Below are positions 19,298 through 27,370 of a stretch of 64,000 bases of DNA, in pieces. The number at the start of each line of letters is the position of its first letter. The first letter of the stretch is position 1. Position numbers and translations under genes: made by a program. The DNA is from a virus: IMG/VR virus record IMGVR_UViG_3300025120_000020; one strand, 5' to 3'. The notes beneath the pieces were generated by a model that was given only the letters and a program-made list of their open reading frames with translations, was not told the origin of the DNA and made no database searches.

Positions 19298-19450
19298 ATG
19301 AACTTATCAAAAGAATCACAGGAAGCAATAGAAGCAATGAAGAAGGCCGAAGAGAATTGGGACAAGATGGTTGCTAGAGCTTCCGAGGTCTCAGGTCAAT
19401 TCCAGAAAGAGTGCCAAGAGTTGAAAGTTGAATTGGAGGAATTAAAATAG
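19298..19450 (+). CDS. Hypothetical protein, paralog of 16840-17031
   Basis: MNLSKESQEAIEAMKKAEENWDK...; the ORF-track 5' extension overlaps the tRNA-like RNA and is unlikely. Confidence 0.65.
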   Translation: MNLSKESQEAIEAMKKAEENWDKMVARASEVSGQFQKECQELKVELEELK

Positions 19451-19454
19451 AGTC

Positions 19455-19652
19455 ATGAAAGAAGAAAAAAATCCACTCCTCGCGAGTGCTGAAACCGCTT
19501 TAGCTTTTGAAGAAGCAATGAAAGAATACATCGCGGAGCTTGAGGTTGATGGTGTAGTTAGTTACAGCCACTTTACTTTGCGCCGTTTACATAATCGTTT
19601 TGGCAGGGAAGCTGTCCAAGGATGGCTGAATAATCACTTTGATAATAAATAA
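19455..19652 (+). CDS. Hypothetical protein
   Basis: 65-aa ORF in a tight operon. Confidence 0.5.
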   Translation: MKEEKNPLLASAETALAFEEAMKEYIAELEVDGVVSYSHFTLRRLHNRFGREAVQGWLNNHFDNK

Positions 19653-19653
19653 A

Positions 19654-20379
19654 ATGAAAAAACTCCTAATCATCACACTGCTTGCTGTATCAGTTTACTT
19701 CTTTCAGGAGGCTGGCAAAGTGGCCAATAAAGAAAAACAAGTAAAGGTTACCCCGACGACTGTCGAGATTCAGAAGCAAGCCGCGCCTGAGATTGTTAAA
19801 ACATGGCAAGCACCCGTGCTTGTTAAGCCAAAGCGTTTTTACAAGAGAGACAAGAAAGAAGATCTAGTTCCTGTTCTTGTTAGACCTAAAAAATCCTACA
19901 GGGTCGAAGAGGTTAAAAAAGAAATCAAAAAAGAAATCTCTGCTTGGGATAAAATGTTTTCTAAAGTAAAACACTACGAGAGTTTTAAGTCTAAAGCGTA
20001 TCGTTGCAGTGGTGGAGTCATGACTATCGGCTATGGCCATACCAAAAATGTTAGATGGGGCGACACTATCACAGAATCAGAAGCAGTGAAACTGTTAGAA
20101 GAAGAATTACTTGTTGCTAAAAATCATGTGATGAGAATTGTAAAAGTTCCATTGACCGAAAATCAATTGGCATCACTCACAAGTTTTACTTTTAACTGTG
20201 GTCAAGGTTCACTAAGCAAATTGGTCTGTGAAAAAAAGAATAGACTCAATAATGGAAACTATAAAAGCGTTGAGGTGGTCATGCCTCAATATAGAATGGC
20301 AGCGGGGAAAATCCGAAAAGGTTTGGAGCTTCGGAGAAAATGGGAAGTTTCTTTGTGGCGTGATAAAAATTCACTATAA
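19654..20379 (+). CDS. GH24 phage lysozyme with an N-terminal signal/anchor
   Basis: HYESFKSKAYRCSGGVMTIGYGHT (E-x8-C-x5-T triad), LTSFTFNCG, GLELRRKWE; MKKLLIITLLAVSVYFF leader. Confidence 0.9.
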   Translation: MKKLLIITLLAVSVYFFQEAGKVANKEKQVKVTPTTVEIQKQAAPEIVKTWQAPVLVKPKRFYKRDKKEDLVPVLVRPKKSYRVEEVKKEIKKEISAWDKMFSKVKHYESFKSKAYRCSGGVMTIGYGHTKNVRWGDTITESEAVKLLEEELLVAKNHVMRIVKVPLTENQLASLTSFTFNCGQGSLSKLVCEKKNRLNNGNYKSVEVVMPQYRMAAGKIRKGLELRRKWEVSLWRDKNSL

Positions 20380-20392
20380 TAAAAAAAACTCT

Positions 20393-20469
20393 GTAAGTCG
20401 TTGAACGTCAAGGAGTTACGAGCGGGGGCGGGGCCAATGGCCCTAACTCGTTGAGCATCAGTGACTTAG
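20393..20469 (+). repeat. 77-bp element E3 (G-rich on +)
   Basis: GTAAGTCGTTGAACGTCAAGGAGTTAC / GAGCGGGGGCGGGGCCAATGGCC / CTAACTCGTTGAGCATCAGTGACTTAG. Confidence 0.95.
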
Positions 20470-20487
20470 AAGGTTTTTTAATTTTAG

Positions 20488-20542
20488 GCTTCTCTGTAAC
20501 TCACTGAGCTTCTCTGTAACTCACTGAGTATCAGTTGGTTAT
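20488..20542. repeat. 20-bp tandem duplication plus a solitary third palindrome
   Basis: GCTTCTCTGTAACTCACTGA twice (20488-20527), continuing as GTAACTCACTGAGTATCAGTTGGTTAT (20516-20542). Confidence 0.85.
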
Positions 20543-20648
20543 AACGCAATATATCTGGCCCTATATATTTGACTTATTTGTTGTTAACCTTAATGACCTT
20601 TGTGCTTTTTTCTCTTGACGAAAAGAAACTATAATGTAGAATTCACTT

Positions 20649-20855
20649 ATGCCTAAATCAACTGAATCCGTCCGTATCGAAGTTAGAAACCAAGATCAGG
20701 CTATCATGCTTGAATATGCTTTACGTCTCGTTCATCAACACCTAGCCGAAAGGATGGGGGATGTCCAAGATGATAAGTTTGAAAGCTTCGTTGATAACGT
20801 AAAGTGGACACGCAAGCACGTTGCTGCATTAAACGAAAAGTTTGCTCTTAGTTAA
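20649..20855 (+). CDS. Hypothetical early protein (leaderless)
   Basis: TTGACG-16-TAGAAT, 6 nt, then ATG; hairpin and T tract at about 20875-20915. Confidence 0.65.
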   Translation: MPKSTESVRIEVRNQDQAIMLEYALRLVHQHLAERMGDVQDDKFESFVDNVKWTRKHVAALNEKFALS

Positions 20856-20960
20856 TCGCAAGGTTGGCTATCCAAACCTCTCCTACTTTTCTAGACAGTG
20901 GGAGGGGTTTTTTTTCTTTTTTAATTTGACGCTTGGTCAATTTTCCCCCATACTCCCGAC

Positions 20961-21197
20961 ATGACAGTTCAAAATCCTATTGCTGATAGTCTCGCCCCGA
21001 TGAATGAAACAGACTTACGCGACATGCTCGATGATGGACCTCGCGCTGGCAACTTTAACCCCACGCCCGAAGTAGTGGGAGAGTTGCTCGCGCAGATCCA
21101 AAACGATATGGGTGATCGTAACCCCGAATGGTCTTCTGATGATGGCCTCTCACCCGCAGACGCGCAAGCTCTTCAAAATCACCTCGACGGAGAATAA
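20961..21197 (+). CDS. Small acidic hypothetical protein (leaderless)
   Basis: TTGACG-17-CATACT, 6 nt, then ATG; very Asp/Glu-rich. Confidence 0.65.
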   Translation: MTVQNPIADSLAPMNETDLRDMLDDGPRAGNFNPTPEVVGELLAQIQNDMGDRNPEWSSDDGLSPADAQALQNHLDGE

Positions 21198-21206
21198 AAA
21201 ATCGTT

Positions 21207-21283
21207 TTAACTCCTTGAACGTCAAGGAGTTGCGGCAAAGCCCCCCGCCCCGCCCCGTAAGTCGTTGATAATCAGTGACTTAC
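21207..21283 (-). repeat. 77-bp element E4 (C-rich on +)
   Basis: TTAACTCCTTGAACGTCAAGGAGTTGC / GGCAAAGCCCCCCGCCCCGCCCC / GTAAGTCGTTGATAATCAGTGACTTAC. Confidence 0.95.
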
Positions 21284-21473
21284 GGGGTTTTTCTCTTTAT
21301 CATAAAGCTGGGGGGGATGTCAAGCTTATTTGTTAAAATATTTGGCATTGTTAGCGCAAAAAAAATCACTTTTAATGCAAAAAAGGTATTGCGCTTCACA
21401 AAAAAATGGTTTAGACTCTCACCAGTTCAGAGGCAGTTCTCTGACAGTTAACCAACTAGAAACTACTACTACT

Positions 21474-22271
21474 ATGAAAAACCTAATCTACTCCTCCAAC
21501 AAAGTCAGCTATGATCAACTCAAAGAAGTTGAAAAGCCTGATCCTATGGGTTCGCGTCACTTCCCAATTGACCATCACGAGTTGGTCGATATCGCCAAGC
21601 GCGAACTGGAACACAGTGGCTTTGACATTGTGCAGGAAGAACACGGTCTCGCTGAGAAAGGCATGAATTGCTTTTCTGGTTTTGCCATTCGCAAGTCAGA
21701 CTTTGATAATACTGACCGCGAGCTTGTCTTTGGTCTTCGGAACTCCCACAATCAAAAGTTTGCTAGTTCTGTAGCGGTTGGTTCCTCAATGCTTGTTTGC
21801 GAGAATCTTTGCTTTTCCTCTGACATTACCCTGTCACGGAAGCACACCCGCAACATTTTTCAGGATCTCCCACTAGTTATGGCCGAAGCCATTGGTTCCA
21901 TCCAAAAGACTTGGGACAATGAAGGCAAGCGAATTGAGACTTACAAGAACACCGAGGCTGATGAGATCGAGGTAATCAACAAGCTTCTCAAGGCTGGTTT
22001 GATCAAGCCCACCAAGATTGAAAAATTCTTGGATCTTGTTCAGAATGGTGGCGTTGATGTTGACGGCACAAAGGGAGCTTTCCACGAGCATCGCGGGACA
22101 CTCTGGAATATCTTCAATGCTGTCACAGAATCCTACAAGGATTTGACTGCCAACAATGTCATGCACCTACCACGCATGACAATGCAAACCCAAGGTATTC
22201 TCGACAGGGTTGCAAACCCTTCCTTGATTACTGCGGAAGATCGCAATTCCGCACTCGTTTTATCTGCCTAG
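21474..22271 (+). CDS. DUF932-family protein
   Basis: HFPIDH...GLRNSHN...LVCENL...RKHT...TLWNIFNAVTE pattern. Confidence 0.75.
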   Translation: MKNLIYSSNKVSYDQLKEVEKPDPMGSRHFPIDHHELVDIAKRELEHSGFDIVQEEHGLAEKGMNCFSGFAIRKSDFDNTDRELVFGLRNSHNQKFASSVAVGSSMLVCENLCFSSDITLSRKHTRNIFQDLPLVMAEAIGSIQKTWDNEGKRIETYKNTEADEIEVINKLLKAGLIKPTKIEKFLDLVQNGGVDVDGTKGAFHEHRGTLWNIFNAVTESYKDLTANNVMHLPRMTMQTQGILDRVANPSLITAEDRNSALVLSA

Positions 22272-22305
22272 CCTATAACGCCCCCCGAAAGGGGGGCTTC
22301 TTATC

Positions 22306-22419
22306 ATGAAAGAACAGGACAGAACTTTTTTTGAGAATGTGGTTTTTACTTGCATGTTCATTTTGTCAGGTATAATATCTCTTGTCGGCGTTGTGCATCT
22401 TTTTAAAATGGCGTTTTAA
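22306..22419 (+). CDS. 37-aa single-TM membrane peptide
   Basis: Read manually as MKEQDRTFFENVVFTCMFILSG...; resembles 56908-57024. Confidence 0.55.
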   Translation: MKEQDRTFFENVVFTCMFILSGIISLVGVVHLFKMAF

Positions 22420-22499
22420 TTTTCATCGTGGTCGATAGCGTAACCTCGTCCCCTCTGCATGGGGGGCGGGGTTTTTCTTTTCTAATAATAAAAAACGCT

Positions 22500-22576
22500 G
22501 TAAGTCGTTGAGTATCAATGAGTTACGGGCGGGGGCGGGGCCGCGCCCCGTAAGTCGCTATCGTTCAGTGGCTTAT
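22500..22576 (+). repeat. 77-bp element E5 (G-rich on +)
   Basis: GTAAGTCGTTGAGTATCAATGAGTTAC / GGGCGGGGGCGGGGCCGCGCCCC / GTAAGTCGCTATCGTTCAGTGGCTTAT. Confidence 0.95.
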
Positions 22577-22649
22577 GAAGATTTTTTTAAATTAAAAAAA
22601 CATTAAAAAGGCTTGTTTTGAAATCAAATTCTGTCAGAATACTCTCGTT

Positions 22650-23346
22650 ATGGAACAAGAGATACCAACAATCAGATTGACAGGACATTTCAATAAAACC
22701 TTCAGTGTTAAAAAGGAGGAGAAGGCTTACAAGGGCTTAGAATATTCCATTGAATGGGATTTTGATAAGAAGAAAACCCGCATCCCGATTTCGACACACG
22801 GTGCGATTGAACTATCAGAAGTGTTTGATAAGCTAGGCTTCACACAAATTCACCGCGAAAGCTAAAACCATGACAATAGAAGTAGAAAGAAAAGAAGTTT
22901 ACGGTAATACTCTGACTTATGTGAAAAAAGAATCTGTCAGGAATTCCATAAAGAAACTAACAGGAAGAAAAACTTTAACCGACTACGACGTTGAAGCTCT
23001 TAAAGAGTTGGGATTTGTCTTGGTCATTGAACAAGTAACAGAAAGAATTTAAATTATGATTAAAGAACACACAATGCCATGCATCCACATGAATGGATCG
23101 GGAGAGACCAGCCTACGCAGACAATACAACGAATTGTTTGAAGCTGTAAGCGAGGCGCAAATTAAACTGCTTTTTGATACAGACTTCCATCAAAGGGATT
23201 ACTACCCTCTTGGGGATGAAGCTTGGGATAAAGCTTATCAAGAAAGAGAAGAGGTTAAGAAGGCAATGAATACAGTCTATCAATATGCGAAGCAGCATAT
23301 GCACTTCCTTGAATATGGAAAGGAGCCATTGCCAGATGAGCATTAA
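22650..23346 (+). CDS. Cassette of three small hypothetical genes (22650-22865, 22870-23052, 23056-23346)
   Basis: Tightly spaced ORFs between E5 and E6 behind one promoter. Confidence 0.55.
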
Positions 23347-23359
23347 ATAAAAATATCTC

Positions 23360-23436
23360 CTAAGTCATTGAATATCAGTGGCTTAGGGGCAAGCCCCCCG
23401 CCGCGCCCCGTAACTCCTTATCAATCAGTGAGTTAC
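23360..23436 (-). repeat. 77-bp element E6 (C-rich on +)
   Basis: CTAAGTCATTGAATATCAGTGGCTTAG / GGGCAAGCCCCCCGCCGCGCCCC / GTAACTCCTTATCAATCAGTGAGTTAC. Confidence 0.95.
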
Positions 23437-23548
23437 GAGGTTTTTTTCTATATACGAAAAAACTAATAGTGCAAGCTCAAAATAAAATAATAAAAAACAT
23501 TAAAAAAGCCTTGTCTCGCAGGAAAAATCCTGTCAGAATACTCTCGTT

Positions 23549-23899
23549 ATGGGATTAGATCAATACGCAGAACGAAGGGATTCAAATGGAGAAGATTGCG
23601 AAATCACCAATTGGAGAAAGCACAACGCCTTGCAAGGTTGGATGGAAAACCTCTGGACTCTCAAAACTGGGAAGCCAGCAGATGAATTAAACTGCCATGA
23701 AGTCGAATTGACTGCCGAGGATTTAGAAAGTCTGTGGGCAGTGGTTGAGGCTGGAAAGTTGCCGGAAACTGTGGGTTTCTTTTACGGTGCTGACAGTAGT
23801 CAGGATGAGTGGAGAAAAGAGAAGGATCTTAAATTTATCAAGGAGGCTCTTGAGGCGATTGATGAAGGGGACAAAGTTTTTTATTCTTGCTGGTGGTAA
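23549..23899 (+). CDS. Conserved phage hypothetical protein (MGLDQY...WRKHN type)
   Basis: MGLDQYA, WRKHNALQGWM, LPETVGFFYG, VFYSCWW. Confidence 0.7.
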   Translation: MGLDQYAERRDSNGEDCEITNWRKHNALQGWMENLWTLKTGKPADELNCHEVELTAEDLESLWAVVEAGKLPETVGFFYGADSSQDEWRKEKDLKFIKEALEAIDEGDKVFYSCWW

Positions 23900-23923
23900 A
23901 TCTTTAATCAAAAATAAAACACA

Positions 23924-24628
23924 ATGAAATTACTTAATTCAGGCAACGCCAAAACCCTCAAGGGTGAAAAGGTTGGGTTCCGCACATTCGGACTCCATCT
24001 TTCCCCTGCTACCAAATCAGGATTCAACGTCTGCCAATGGGCAAGCGCGGGATGTCGTGCAGCTTGTTTAGATACAGCGGGGCGCGGTTGTATGTCCAAC
24101 GTGCAAAATTCTAGAATCGCTAAAACGCGAAGGTTCTTTAAAGATAACTTGGGTTTTATGTCGGATCTTCGAATTGAAATCGGCAAGGCTATCAAAAGCG
24201 CAGCGAGAAAAAGCCTCACCCCTTGTTTCCGTCTCAATCTTACAAGCGATATTCCTTGGGAGAACATGAAGAAGGGGAGCAAGACAAGTGTGATCGAAGA
24301 ATTCCCAGAGGTTAATTTTTATGATTATACCAAGGGCTTCCCTAGAATGATGGCTTGGCTTCATGGTAAGATGCCCGACAACTACCACCTGACCTTTTCC
24401 CGCAGTGAAGAGACTAGCGATGACAGAATAAAAAAGATTCTTTCGCTAGGCGGGAACGTTGCGATTGTTTTCCGCGCTTCGCTTCCTAAAACTTATCTTG
24501 GTTTTACTGTCGTCGATGGTGATGAGAACGATCTCCGCTTCAAAGATGAAAAGGGCGTGATCGTTGGATTGGTCGAGAAAGGTCTTGCAAAAAAAGACGA
24601 AACTGGTTTTGTAGTGGAGCCAAAATGA
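23924..24628 (+). CDS. GP88-family phage protein (radical-SAM-like Cys motif)
   Basis: NVCQWASAGCRAACL, FRLNLTSDI, FYDYTK, YHLTFS, DGDENDLRF. Confidence 0.8.
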   Translation: MKLLNSGNAKTLKGEKVGFRTFGLHLSPATKSGFNVCQWASAGCRAACLDTAGRGCMSNVQNSRIAKTRRFFKDNLGFMSDLRIEIGKAIKSAARKSLTPCFRLNLTSDIPWENMKKGSKTSVIEEFPEVNFYDYTKGFPRMMAWLHGKMPDNYHLTFSRSEETSDDRIKKILSLGGNVAIVFRASLPKTYLGFTVVDGDENDLRFKDEKGVIVGLVEKGLAKKDETGFVVEPK

Positions 24629-24715
24629 CAAGCGGAGAATCAGACACCTTGATCATTTTAATCATGGCGATTATCGCTATAATATTCAGGAAAAGAAATT
24701 AAGAAAAATAAAAAC

Positions 24716-24898
24716 ATGGAACCAATAAAACCAGACTTCTCAGAAGCAAACAAGTTCGCCGTCTTAAATAGAGGGTTTAGAGATGAATTCGACAAAGCCT
24801 ATAAAAATTTTTGGAAGCGTAGGAACATGGAAACCCCTGATCTTGGTTGGTTCGGGGATAGGAAAAAGAGAAAAGAAGAAATGAAATCTGCTAAATAA
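24716..24898 (+). CDS. Hypothetical protein
   Basis: 60-aa ORF ending just before E7. Confidence 0.5.
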   Translation: MEPIKPDFSEANKFAVLNRGFRDEFDKAYKNFWKRRNMETPDLGWFGDRKKRKEEMKSAK

Positions 24899-24907
24899 AA
24901 AACCCTC

Positions 24908-24984
24908 GTAACTCGTTGACTATCAACGGGTTACGGGCGGGGGCGGGGCCACTCGCCGTAACTCCTTACTAATCAGTGACTTAG
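24908..24984 (+). repeat. 77-bp element E7 (G-rich on +)
   Basis: GTAACTCGTTGACTATCAACGGGTTAC / GGGCGGGGGCGGGGCCACTCGCC / GTAACTCCTTACTAATCAGTGACTTAG. Confidence 0.95.
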
Positions 24985-25049
24985 AGCGGAAATTTTTAAT
25001 TAATTTAAATTTGACGATCCTCCCGCTTCATGGTATGTTTCCCTCAGAC

Positions 25050-26151
25050 ATGAAAAAACAAGTAAGCACAAAGAGACTCCTAGAAGCTCTACTTCAAACC
25101 TACATGGATACCAATGACCTAAAGAACATTTACAACGGCGACGGAAGCGAGCTAATGACGGTTGATGAAGCTGTAAAGTTCGTCGATGGGTTGAAAGAGG
25201 AGGCTAGTCCTGAGCAGGTTGCATTTGAATCTCAACTGGACACTATGATAGAAGAGTTTAGGACGGTCTTCCCTCCTTCTATAGGCGAAGCCGAACGTGG
25301 GGCGGGTCAAGGCACTTGGTTTGACCTTATGCACAGCATCTGGAACAAGCACGTTCAAGTTGAGTTGATGGAAAGATACAGCAATCTATAATACTATGAA
25401 GCAAGAAGAACAAACCTCTTCAACACGGATGCGGGGCTGGTTATATGATGTCAACATTTTAGAGATGGCTAGAATAGCTTGCGCCTCAATACCAGAAGAC
25501 CTTTGTGAGCAGATGGATTTATCTGATGAGTGGTTCATCGAGATTAGAGACTACATACAAAACGAACTAAATGGATACCATGATGCACGAACGAATTAAA
25601 AAACTAAAAAAAGAAGCTCCAGAGGAGATCCCACTGTTTCTAAAAGCGGGGGGGATCTTCAACACGATTGACGGATTGTCGATCACTGGAGACAAACAAA
25701 AGCTGGAACAAATAGAAAAGATTTTGGATTTTACCCCTTCAACAAAAGATGGTCGCGACTTGAGATCTGTAATGATCTTGAGGGCAGAGGCTAAATCTGA
25801 AGAGGGAATGTTTGGAAATGGCACATTCTTAATCGATTAAAAAAATAAAAACAAATGACAATAACAAACAAAGAACTACTGGGGTTCGCGAAAACGCAAA
25901 ACTCAAACGCCAAACTGCACCTTGATTGTAGTATCACTTGACTGGCAGCACAAGCAGCTACTCAGTTGAGTGGTAAAGAACACAGAATGGTGGGGTGGAA
26001 CCAATTTGACGATTTTACAGAAGACCTCACATATACAAAAGTGTCTCCTGAATACGCTGAATGGTCTGAAGGGGTTAACAACCACAACATGGAAAATAAT
26101 ACCTATATCACATTCCAAGACGCTATCGAAGCTCTAGAATCTTTTGATTAA
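25050..26151 (+). CDS. Cassette of small hypothetical genes (about 25050-25391, 25396-25599, 25571-25840, and one ending at 26151)
   Basis: Consecutive short ORFs between E7 and E8. Confidence 0.5.
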
Positions 26152-26165
26152 AAAATAAAATCTTC

Positions 26166-26242
26166 GTAACTCGTTGACCGCCAGCGAGTTACGGAGGGGG
26201 GCGGGGCCGACCCGCCTAACTCCTTACTACTCAATGGGTTAC
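26166..26242 (+). repeat. 77-bp element E8 (G-rich on +), with a solitary degenerate palindrome at 26263-26289
   Basis: GTAACTCGTTGACCGCCAGCGAGTTAC / GGAGGGGGGCGGGGCCGACCCGC / CTAACTCCTTACTACTCAATGGGTTAC. Confidence 0.95.
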
Positions 26243-26538
26243 AGCGTTTTTTTTGATTATCTCTAACTCACTGATAATTAGTTTGTTGTGTAATCGGGTT
26301 TTGTTTATTTGTTGCCTACTGAAAAAACGGGCATCTGGAATGTTTTTGCTTGCCTTAGTTCTATATACTGTTATATTACATACATGAAAGACGAGGATCT
26401 TGCCGCCCTTATTGATAATATTGTATTTATTTGCTGTCTTATATTTATCTTTATTGTTGCTTGTTGTGGGCTTGATAAATTAATTGATTTATTTGCAGGT
26501 TAATCTCTTTCATGTATTGTATTGGTTCTCATAGTGCG

Positions 26539-26573
26539 AACGACCCGTCTCCTTTGTTGGGGACGGGTCGTTT
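26539..26573 (+). terminator. Hairpin terminator closing the early region
   Basis: AACGACCCGTCTCC-TTTGTT-GGGGACGGGTCGTT. Confidence 0.7.
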
Positions 26574-27370
26574 ATTTGCGCTTATTTCGCCTAAAATCCT
26601 ACAACCTTGGGTGCTAGATTACTCTGCTATAAAAGACACAAGTATAAGCAGTGAAATAGTAATTAAAATAAATGGCTCAAAATAATACACACCCTTTATT
26701 TGCGGAAAAATCGTTTAACCTTGGAGCAGGAATTACCTTTATCATTATTTGACTTAATGTCTCCAAACTTGCGCCCTTTATTAATGCCAAAAATTTGTTG
26801 TAATTTGCTTGTTTGCTCTGGATCGAGGTTCACATCGAATTTGTTTTTGTTGCTATCTTGCTTCATTGTATATATTGGTATATGCTTATTTGGCTTTTCT
26901 GGGAAAAGTGGGGACTTTTGCTGCTGCTTGTAAGCTAGCTTTTATTTGGTTTTATTTGCTTAAAGTGGGCAAAGACGCGCTTTATTTGGTTTTTTTTAGA
27001 AAAACTGGCGTTTGCTTTGTGTTTGACTAGGGCTAAATATTACTAATTATAAAAAAATATTATAGGCGGGGCTTATTTTATAAAATTTTATTCAATCAGG
27101 AGCTGTTTGGGCTGCTTTTGTTTGCTTTTGTTGGCTATTCGGGGGCAAAAGTTAGCTGAATTACCATTATTTATTATTTAGAGCAACAGCCACTATCCTA
27201 TTATCCATTACTACATCCATTAATATCTGATTAAACCCTTATTCTATCTTGTTTTCTTATTGTATCTCTATTATGTATTACTCTATGTATTACCTTGAAA
27301 GATACTGTATAAAAAGGAATAAAAACTAAGGTATAAATAAAAAGAATAAATTATGGTAATTTATTATAAA

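Noticed and set aside
17404-26242. 77-bp repeats as a CRISPR array
   Set aside because: Units are about 1 kb apart with whole genes between them, the 23-bp inner segments resemble each other rather than being unique spacers, and there are no cas genes.
17404-26242. 77-bp repeats as MITE/IS ends, classical attC or dif sites
   Set aside because: No target-site duplications, transposase or integron integrase seen; the 12-3-12 arms do not match the XerC/D 11-6-11 layout or attC RYYYAAC/GTTRRRY ends.
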